Below are positions 56,665 to 64,000 of a stretch of 64,000 nucleotides of DNA, one piece after another. The stretch is taken from the NCBI GenBank assembly GCA_963668315.1, contig OY764216.1, positions 4,224,001 to 4,288,000 of the forward strand, given 5' to 3'. Source of the stretch: Spirochaetia bacterium. GTDB taxonomy: Bacteria > Spirochaetota > Spirochaetia > DSM-2461. The notes under the pieces are model-generated. The model searched no databases. It saw nothing but the letters and a program-made list of their open reading frames with translations, and was not told where the DNA came from. How positions within the stretch are numbered: position 1 is the first letter of the stretch; each line of letters begins with the position of its first letter. A program made the position numbers and the translations under genes.

Positions 56665-59307
56665 TTATTTATTTTTCCACTGAAAATTCATCTCATACAT
56701 CTTTCTGTATAAGAAGTAAAAGGTTAATAAGAACAGAATGATGGGAATCAGCAATGCTGCAATATTGGGAACACCTACAGCTTCCATAATCCCCTTAAAG
56801 GGTATGACAAGCTCATGGCCAACATACAGAGGAAATGCCAGCAGGCCGGTTAAAGAAAAGAACTGCAATATCACCCGAAGCACAACCCCTGACCGGTTAT
56901 AAAAACCTAACAAAGATCCTATCCCTTTGAAGAATATCATCACAATCCCCCAATAGATTAACCATCCCCATAGGTAAGTAGCAGTAAGAGGCCAAGTAAC
57001 AAGCAATTTGATGCTATCGGCATGATACGCAATGATCATTCCAAGCAAAATAGCAATGAGCCCCCAGGAAAGAAAGTTCTTTGCTGCTAGAGCATTACGT
57101 TTTAGATGTATCCCCAAAGTCAATCCCAGAAAAGCCCCGCCAATTAGGTTAAAATAACTGTATTTTGCACAAAATGCCATTTTGACTAATTCCCATATAC
57201 CCGTAGTTTTCATAATACTAAGTTTATCCCAAACGAGAGGATAGGTAATATAGAGTATACAAGCGGTAAGTAAAATAGGCAGAGTCACATCTTTGAACCG
57301 TGCAAAGAAGCGAAACCAAAGAGGCAGAGTTAAAGAAGCCAGAAAATAGAATAACAGAACTGAATAAAAAGTATTGGCAATCTCTGTACCCGTCAAATTC
57401 CCATGCATTAGAATTTTCTCGGTCAACGAAAGCAAGGCCAGAACAAAAATCCCAGCCCCCAGCAATAATTGAGTATTACGAAGTATTGACTTAAAACGCT
57501 TATTATCCTTTTGGGATATATCGAAAAGTGAAAATCCGACGGTAAGTCCATAGACAATAGCAAATCCCGGGGTACCCATATTAAAGAAGAATGAGAGAAA
57601 TGGAGATATTATCTGAGCAAGAGAACCGGGCAACTTATCCATAACGAAACCGGACCAATGGGCACCAATTACTAGCAAAACAAAAATGCCTCTAACAGCA
57701 TTTACATTAAGACTATTCTTTATAGCCTGATTTCTTATGGTATGCCTATGAGGTTCCTCAGAGGTAACAGTCTGATCAAGTTTCTCGGATAGCTCTCTTA
57801 CAGACATTCCCTGAAGCATTCCCTGAAGCAGATCCTTGGGTAGACCCATACGATTCATCTTTACTATAACCGAAATAGCGGTTAAGGAATCCCCCCCCAA
57901 ATCATAAAAGGTATCCTTTGCTCTAATCTTGCTGACTTTTAAAACATCCTTCCAGGCTCGAATAATCTTTTCTTCAGTCTCGGAAAGGTTTTCCTGTTCT
58001 TCAACTCCATCTTTTTCATCTACCGTCTCTATCTGATTTTTTGCATATTCGCTATAAATCTCAGTCAATAATCTTCTTTTTATCTTACCCGTATCTGTTG
58101 CGGGAAAAGATAATAGAGACATTAGTTTTACGGAACCGGAACCTTTGATATCATTCTCAGAAGCGGCTTGTAAAGCCGCCTTCTCAATATCGTGTTTCCG
58201 CCCTTCCAATTCCTGTAAATAACAGATAATAATAATCTCCCCACGGACCTTATCATTACCCCGAGCTACGGCTATTCCCTTCTCTATCCCCATAATCTCC
58301 CGGATACGCTTTTCAATAATATCGGGATAGACTTTAATACCGCCGCAATTGATAATATCGTCAGATCGACCTTTATAATATACGAAGCCTTCTTTTATAT
58401 CACCCAAGTCATTTGTCGTATGCCACAAGTCATCACTGATATTATCAACAACTTCAGAATCCTTTATTATTTTCTTTGAAACATGGGGACCCTTTATCAT
58501 AATCCGACCGTCATCGGATAACTTTATCTCCGTCTTCCCATATCCTTTTCCTACAGACTCATAAAACTCTACGGGAGTATCATTCAAACGCAAAAAAGTA
58601 GACCGGGACGCTTCGGTTAAACCATAGTGTTGTACAATGGTAGCCTTGGGGAAAATCTTTGAGAGTCGAAGTTTTTCATCACTACTCATATACTGGCTAC
58701 CTATCTCAATCCATTTCACCCTATGAGTTTCTTTTCCAAAAATTTCCTGATTATCAAAAAGAACACGCCATAGACTTGGAACTGCAGATATGGCATTGAT
58801 TTCTCCCTTTTGGAGCATTTCCTTAATTTCGAAGGGATTGAATCCTGCTTCAGGGACGAAGAAACGCCCTCCCACGGAAGCAACAACGCGACACCGTCCA
58901 AAACCAAAAGAATAATTAACAGGAATGCCCACATATTCAGAAATAGACGAATCTATATTCATAATATCAACCAATCGTTCGACTACATCGTTCAAGGCAC
59001 TGTGGCTGAGCAAAACACCTTTAGGGTTTCCCGTAGTACCGGATGAAAAAGAGATTTGGGCAATACTGTCATTGGATTTGAAATTTATTTTTTCCGTAAA
59101 CCATCCATAGTTTTTTCTGGGAGTGACAATTTTTTCGACATTTGTCATTTTGATTTTGTATTCATCCTGCTCATTTTTAAGTAGAACAACCACTTCGTCA
59201 TTCTCATAAGCTGTAAATACCTTTTCTAGAAAATCGATTGAGTTGGTTGAAACGACCCCTACGGTGCTTCTATTTTCCAATTCAGCGGATAAGTGATCTG
59301 TCAACAT
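56665..59307 (-). CDS. Fusion protein: adenylation (AMP-binding) domain, carrier domain, multi-TM acyltransferase-like domain
   Basis: SFSSGTTGNPKG, HYGLTE, TNDLG, KGRSDD, TGKIKR; carrier FYDLGGDSL; then NAVRGIFVLLVIGAH and about ten hydrophobic helices. Confidence 0.8.
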   Translation of the reverse strand: MLTDHLSAELENRSTVGVVSTNSIDFLEKVFTAYENDEVVVLLKNEQDEYKIKMTNVEKIVTPRKNYGWFTEKINFKSNDSIAQISFSSGTTGNPKGVLLSHSALNDVVERLVDIMNIDSSISEYVGIPVNYSFGFGRCRVVASVGGRFFVPEAGFNPFEIKEMLQKGEINAISAVPSLWRVLFDNQEIFGKETHRVKWIEIGSQYMSSDEKLRLSKIFPKATIVQHYGLTEASRSTFLRLNDTPVEFYESVGKGYGKTEIKLSDDGRIMIKGPHVSKKIIKDSEVVDNISDDLWHTTNDLGDIKEGFVYYKGRSDDIINCGGIKVYPDIIEKRIREIMGIEKGIAVARGNDKVRGEIIIICYLQELEGRKHDIEKAALQAASENDIKGSGSVKLMSLLSFPATDTGKIKRRLLTEIYSEYAKNQIETVDEKDGVEEQENLSETEEKIIRAWKDVLKVSKIRAKDTFYDLGGDSLTAISVIVKMNRMGLPKDLLQGMLQGMSVRELSEKLDQTVTSEEPHRHTIRNQAIKNSLNVNAVRGIFVLLVIGAHWSGFVMDKLPGSLAQIISPFLSFFFNMGTPGFAIVYGLTVGFSLFDISQKDNKRFKSILRNTQLLLGAGIFVLALLSLTEKILMHGNLTGTEIANTFYSVLLFYFLASLTLPLWFRFFARFKDVTLPILLTACILYITYPLVWDKLSIMKTTGIWELVKMAFCAKYSYFNLIGGAFLGLTLGIHLKRNALAAKNFLSWGLIAILLGMIIAYHADSIKLLVTWPLTATYLWGWLIYWGIVMIFFKGIGSLLGFYNRSGVVLRVILQFFSLTGLLAFPLYVGHELVIPFKGIMEAVGVPNIAALLIPIILFLLTFYFLYRKMYEMNFQWKNK

Positions 59308-59433
59308 TTAATACATCCCTATACTTTTTTAGATATAGTATATCACAAGATATCTTATAAACAATTATTACGCACACCTTGGAAAAAGTATATTGATAAT
59401 AAGTTGATTCACAACCAGGATTTTTACAACCTC

Positions 59434-61191
59434 TTAATTAGAAACCCCAGCTCTAAGCCACGTATTTATCATACCCGCCGTTAAGTCTGTGTCCCAATTA
59501 TCCCGACTTTGCTCTCGTATTTTTTCAATGAAGGAGTCATAAGTACCATCTCCCCCTAAAACTAAGCTATCATAGTCTTCGATAGTTCTACCTATCGTTA
59601 CCTGACTATTCTTGGCATCCTTCTCATTACTGGAAACCCAATCATTATAGGAATAATTAATGCCTTCAGATTCTATAGGTGATTCAGATTCTGAATAATA
59701 GGAATTCCCATATAATCCAACTAGGGGAGAAAGGTTGTCATACCCAGCAACAGTAGCTTCTCTATCCTCTGATAATACGTTGTCATATATATATATATTC
59801 GTTTGATAGGGAAGAGTACCCTCATCTGAAATAAATTTAATATGGCCTGTACCAGACCCGATATTTGATACCATATTGGATCTAACAATAGTATCTTTAA
59901 TCTCACTAATTAATTCTATACCAAAAATATTTGTTGCATTAGTAGAAAAATCTATTAAATAATTTCCCTCAACAATACCTGATTCCCAGTCGACGCAGTC
60001 AAATCCCCAGGCAACACCTCGACCTGTTTGATTAGACTCACCGAATTTTGTTAGTACATTATCCAATAGGTTAACATTTTTAAATCGATAGGGATCAGTT
60101 GTATTCCCACCGATACTTACACCTATTTCTCCATCAACCATTAAGTTATTTATCATATAAATATTATTAGATGCGTAGTCAGCAGGATTTTCATGGTTCT
60201 CCGTAAATTTGAAACACATACTGGAAGGTCTCATGGATATATTATTTATTAAATATACGTTACTGCATGAAGAGAAGTAAAAATTATGATTAAACTTAGT
60301 AGCAACACCAACAGTTTCACCACTGTCTACTGAATTAAGCCACCCGTTATGATCCCAGAGACATTCATAAAATCTTAAACCATCTATATACTGACCGTAC
60401 ATACCTTGGCTGTGCCCGTCTTCGTTCGTATACACATAACGATCAAGGAATTGACACCGATTGAATGTAAAATCACTGGCTGTTCCATCACCATAGAGTG
60501 GGCCAATAGTAGCCCCAATATATTGAAAGCGACATCCCTCTATTAAAATGTCATACATATCACCGTAGTGGCCAGATCTAAGGGATAATGCACTGGTTCC
60601 CTCAAATTTTTCTATTGTTCCAACATTCGGATCAATATCTTCATTATAAAAGTTCAACGATGTAATTGCAGAATGAGCGAGCTCATCACCATCATGAGGC
60701 CAATTCACAAAAATAAATTCATAACATGTATAATCAGTTATTGACTCACTCAAAGTAGGTCTGACAATTGGTAAATTACCAGCACCATAAGCTCCTATTA
60801 ATGATTTATGATCCTCATCTACCCCGGATTTAAGCGCACCATTTGTTATTTCGAAGGTTCCATCCCTCTCAAATAGTAACCAATCATCGTATCCATCCCT
60901 TTGGTATTCTTCTGCCGCGTCATAAGTGGCAAATGGTAGTATAGCATCGGTAGGTTGAAATGGATCATCTCCTATTTCCGAATCTGTAGAACTATAATAA
61001 GCTGCATTTTCATCATCTCCGGTATTTGAAATATAAATAATTCTCGAGTTACTGGATGGAGAAAATTCCGTCCATCCCATGACATTAGCATCGATTCTTG
61101 AAGGCTCATTAAAATTGAGTATCATTGAGCACTGTGTATTTAATAACAAATAGATTAGTAATAACATGATTACAATTATTCTCTTTTTCAT
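59434..61191 (-). CDS. Exported, probably right-handed beta-helix (pectin-lyase-like) protein
   Basis: Signal/lipoprotein-like N-terminus from ATG 61191 (MKKRIIVIMLLLIYLLLNTQC); Asn/Gly-rich ladder repeats (NNISM, NNLMV, DNVLT, GNYLI, SNMVS); strongly AT-rich. Confidence 0.6.
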   Translation of the reverse strand: MKKRIIVIMLLLIYLLLNTQCSMILNFNEPSRIDANVMGWTEFSPSSNSRIIYISNTGDDENAAYYSSTDSEIGDDPFQPTDAILPFATYDAAEEYQRDGYDDWLLFERDGTFEITNGALKSGVDEDHKSLIGAYGAGNLPIVRPTLSESITDYTCYEFIFVNWPHDGDELAHSAITSLNFYNEDIDPNVGTIEKFEGTSALSLRSGHYGDMYDILIEGCRFQYIGATIGPLYGDGTASDFTFNRCQFLDRYVYTNEDGHSQGMYGQYIDGLRFYECLWDHNGWLNSVDSGETVGVATKFNHNFYFSSCSNVYLINNISMRPSSMCFKFTENHENPADYASNNIYMINNLMVDGEIGVSIGGNTTDPYRFKNVNLLDNVLTKFGESNQTGRGVAWGFDCVDWESGIVEGNYLIDFSTNATNIFGIELISEIKDTIVRSNMVSNIGSGTGHIKFISDEGTLPYQTNIYIYDNVLSEDREATVAGYDNLSPLVGLYGNSYYSESESPIESEGINYSYNDWVSSNEKDAKNSQVTIGRTIEDYDSLVLGGDGTYDSFIEKIREQSRDNWDTDLTAGMINTWLRAGVSN

Positions 61192-61425
61192 ACTTACCAA
61201 TATGATTGAAAAAGATTTATAAATCAACTCCGAATAATATATGATAATAATAGTTAATATAAAGCAACATATATTCAACAATACGTTCATATAAATTAGA
61301 TATTTAAAATCTAAGGAATTAATATTTGTTACATAATTAACAATAATTTAAATATAACATTTTTCCTGAAAACACAATAAACATTAAATATATCATTTCT
61401 TCAAATATATATTTTTGCTGTAATT

Positions 61426-61649
61426 TGGGCCTGCTGAAAAAGTCTCTCAAGCAGCCTATGCTGAGCCCACAGGGTAAAGGGAAGGTAAAAATCCTCTAAT
61501 TTCTGCTGTTCCTTGGATTCGTCTTTATACATCAATAACCTCCCTGCAAGGGTTTTGGGCCAAAATGGCCGGAAGCAATGCAGTTACGGATAGTATATTG
61601 ATCATTAAATCCTTTGTATATTTAAAGTTACGGATTTTTCAGTAAGCCA
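61426..61649. mobile_element. MITE-like element / internally deleted IS remnant (~224 bp)
   Basis: Imperfect terminal inverted repeats GGCCTGCTGAAAAAGTC (61428-61444) and GGATTTTTCAGTAAGCC (61632-61648), flanked by TAATT on both sides; no transposase ORF. Confidence 0.55.
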
Positions 61650-61994
61650 TAATTAATATTAGTAAAACATCCTTCCCAATCCCATAAAAAAGCCTTTTAT
61701 TATCCTATTATTAATTTCAATAATTCGCTAAACGTATTTCTTTCTATAAATAGCCCATTTTCAGATCTCGATATAAAAAAAATATGATTTTAAAAAACTC
61801 AAAATCCTCCAACTCTATTTCCCCTCTTAAATATAATACAAAAGGGCTCCCTAAAATTAAAAAAAAGCGGATATATTCCTTCATTGCGAATATAGTGATC
61901 TCAAAAGTCTGTACACATCATAAAGTTCAAATGATGTAGTATACTACTACAAAGGGAGCACAAATGAGAAAGAAATGGAGTGATGCCGCCGAGA

Positions 61995-63294
61995 GATAGT
62001 GTACAATAGTGTCTGTAAATTAGAAATAAAGGGGGCTTGAAAAAGTTAGCCAATCAGTCTTCGATTAGTTCGACGAAAAACAAAAGAAGGCATCATGACT
62101 AACGAGGATTACTATAGCGTTTTCGATCAAATGATTGAAGACCTCCAGGCAGAGAATAGAGAAGGATTAACAAAAGTCATAAGTTCAATAATGAATTTAT
62201 CTATGCGGTTAGAGCAGGAGAAGGCAATTCAAGCCAGTCATTATGAACGGAACGATGATCGTATTGGGCATAGGAATGGGTACAAGAGCAGAAAGATCCG
62301 GACTCGAGTCGGCGAAATTCCCATCGAGATCCCACAGGTCCGTGGGATGGAATTCTATCCTGGCAGCATTGAAAAGGGGTGCCGCAGCGAAAGAGCCCTG
62401 AAAATGGCCATAGCTCAGATGTACATCCAAGGCGTATCAACTCGCAGAGTGACCAAAATAGTAGAACAGCTCTGCGGCTTCGAAGTTTCCCAATCGCAGG
62501 TTTCAGAAGCGGCAGCTCTCCTTGATGAAGAGATCACCAAATGGCGTAATCGTCCTCTGGGAGCTTTTCCTTATCTTGTCGTTGACGCCACTTATGAGAA
62601 GGCTCGAGTGAATAGAACTGTTGTTTCTGCAGCCGTTCTAATTGCCTATGGTGTTGATAATAATGGGATGAGACGAGTATTGGGTATTTCTACAGAACTC
62701 AGTGAGGCCGATGTACACTGGAGAGGTTTTCTTTCCGGTCTGGTAGATCGGGGGCTCCATGGCGTGAAGATGATAACTTCCGATGCTCATAGCGGCCTGA
62801 GATCAGCAATAGAATCGGTTTTTCCAACAGTTCCCTGGCAGCGGTGCCAGTTCCATCTGCAACAGAATGCGGGACATCATGTGCCAAAGAAAAGTATGGA
62901 TAAAGAGGTCGCGGAGGATATAAGAACCATTTTTAACGCTCCCAATGGAGAGGAGGCTAACCGTTTTCTTTCTATGGCGGTGAAGAAGTATGAGAAAACT
63001 GCGCCAGAACTAAGCAGTTGGATGGATCAGAATGTTCCTGAAGCGCTCACGATCTTTAAAATGCCAAAGTCACATTGGAGAAGGTTAAGGACTTCAAATC
63101 TGGCAGAACGTCAGATGAGGGAAATTAAAAGAAGAACGAAGGTGGCTATGATATTTCCAAATAAGGAATCTGTCGATAGATTGGTTTCCGCTCTGTTAAT
63201 GGAAATAGATGAACAATGGTTCACAGGTAAGCGGTATTTAAATATGGAGACTGATTAACTTTTTTGATTTTACAGACAAAGGGGTTGCTCTATC
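61995..63294 (+). mobile_element. IS256-family insertion sequence (1300 bp)
   Basis: Imperfect IRs GATAG...TGTCTGTAAA / TTTACAGACA...CTATC; flanked by CGCCGAGA and TGCCGAGA (GCCGAGA identical). Confidence 0.9.
62095..63258 (+). CDS. IS256-family (Mutator) DDE transposase
   Basis: RNGYKSR, TRVGEI, MYIQGVSTRRV, YLVVDATY, TSDAHSGL, WQRCQFH, LRTSNLAER. Confidence 0.95.
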   Translation: MTNEDYYSVFDQMIEDLQAENREGLTKVISSIMNLSMRLEQEKAIQASHYERNDDRIGHRNGYKSRKIRTRVGEIPIEIPQVRGMEFYPGSIEKGCRSERALKMAIAQMYIQGVSTRRVTKIVEQLCGFEVSQSQVSEAAALLDEEITKWRNRPLGAFPYLVVDATYEKARVNRTVVSAAVLIAYGVDNNGMRRVLGISTELSEADVHWRGFLSGLVDRGLHGVKMITSDAHSGLRSAIESVFPTVPWQRCQFHLQQNAGHHVPKKSMDKEVAEDIRTIFNAPNGEEANRFLSMAVKKYEKTAPELSSWMDQNVPEALTIFKMPKSHWRRLRTSNLAERQMREIKRRTKVAMIFPNKESVDRLVSALLMEIDEQWFTGKRYLNMETD

Positions 63295-63566
63295 TGCCGA
63301 GAAAGCCCGGATTGCCCTGATGGCGTTCAAAGAAGAGAAAACCGTTGCAGAGATTTCACAGGAAACAGGAGCCCATCCTTCCATGATCAATAAATGGAAA
63401 AAGGAACTTCTTGAGAATGCTGATATTGTATTCAGTAAGGGGAAATCAGATAATGAGAAGGAACTGGAAAAAGAACAGGAAGAGCTCTATAAAACGATTG
63501 GGAAACTTCATGCTGGAAATGACTTTCTAAAAAAAAATTAAAAGAACAGGGCCGATATTGAGATCT

Positions 63567-64000
63567 ATGGTTAATCCTAAACATAAAACTCTTTCTATTG
63601 AGGACCAATGCCGTCTTCTTGGTAAGAGTCGCGCCTGGTACTACTATAAACCATATAAAAGTCCCTCTAGAACCAGAAGAGATAATCTGGAAAAAAAGAA
63701 AATAAAGGACCTCTGGGAAGAACATATCTTTCTTGGCTATATACAGATATCTGATCTTCTTAATGAGAAAAATACAAAAACCTCTCCTAAAAGAGTTTAC
63801 CGGTTAATGAGAGAATTAGGGATTAAGGCGGTTGTTCCTAAAAGAGGTCTGACAAAACCGAATAAGAAACATAAAAAAAACCCTTATTTGTTAAGGGGTC
63901 TTAAAGTAATCCATAAGAACCAGGTGTGGTCGACTGATATCACCTATGTTGGGCTCCCAGGTGGAACGGCTTATATCATTGCGATAATCGATCTCCATAG
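63567..64000 (+). CDS. IS3-family OrfB (integrase core), truncated by window end
   Basis: Hand translation MVNPKHKTLSIEDQCRLLGKSRAWYYYKP...PYLLRGLKVIHKNQVWSTDITYV...IIAIIDLH. Confidence 0.88.
   Translation, partial: MVNPKHKTLSIEDQCRLLGKSRAWYYYKPYKSPSRTRRDNLEKKKIKDLWEEHIFLGYIQISDLLNEKNTKTSPKRVYRLMRELGIKAVVPKRGLTKPNKKHKKNPYLLRGLKVIHKNQVWSTDITYVGLPGGTAYIIAIIDLH

Larger units (their letters stand above)
61964..63541 (+). pseudogene. IS3 orfA split by IS256 insertion
   Basis: Removing the IS256 and one target copy gives MRKKWSDAAEKARIALMAFKEEKTVAEISQETGAHPSMINKWKK..., an IS3 HTH. Confidence 0.85.
61891..64000 (+). mobile_element. IS3-family element, interrupted by IS256, right end outside the window
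   Basis: Probable left end near TAGTGATCTCAAAAGTCTGTACAC; orfA from ATG 61964 rejoins in frame after the IS256; orfB with LSIEDQCRLLG, KRVYRLMRELGI, NQVWSTDITY, AIIDLH. Confidence 0.85.

Noticed and set aside
1..64000. tRNA, rRNA, CRISPR arrays, prophage or defence systems
   Set aside because: None recognisable by eye; short structured RNAs would need tRNAscan/Infernal to exclude

Overview
Bacterial chromosomal window, most likely a free-living spirochaete (inferred from Spirochaeta-style signal peptides and an Msp-like outer-membrane protein). The first ~25 kb is GC-rich housekeeping DNA: ABC substrate-binding protein, rarA, a TrmB regulator plus ilvE, RNase II, a two-component system, hexokinase, rlmH, a MalY/PatB lyase, an ECF-PanT-coaX pantothenate salvage operon, a serA-like gene, purF and a YbhJ-like hydratase. 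From ~25 kb the DNA becomes progressively AT-richer and forms an accessory cell-surface/secondary-metabolite island. (i) A complete lasso-peptide cluster (RRE B1, protease B2, cyclase C, ABC exporter, HPr-kinase-like kinase, nucleotidyltransferase). Its 56-aa precursor gene is missing from the ORF track; I read it at 32462-32632 (-): leader MKKVYNAPEMTDLGEVMDLTK, 35-aa core GVGKLGWHDWWRVDLIFDDDPTTHPFADNKDYSAS. (ii) A small NRPS/PKS set (A[Gly]-T-TE; C-A[Ser]-T; KS-AT-ACP-TE with a Cys nucleophile; AsnB plus a discrete ACP) co-transcribed with MBOAT, SGNH-like, acyltransferase-3 and GT2 genes. (iii) Polysaccharide genes, including a priming transferase with a degenerate GGDEF domain retaining an RxxD site, and an adenylation-carrier-membrane acyltransferase fusion. 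The window ends with a MITE-like element and an IS256 copy nested inside an IS3-family element. The main hypothesis (inference) is that the island decorates a surface glycan with carrier-protein-derived acyl/peptidyl groups and possibly with a phosphorylated/glycosylated lasso peptide.
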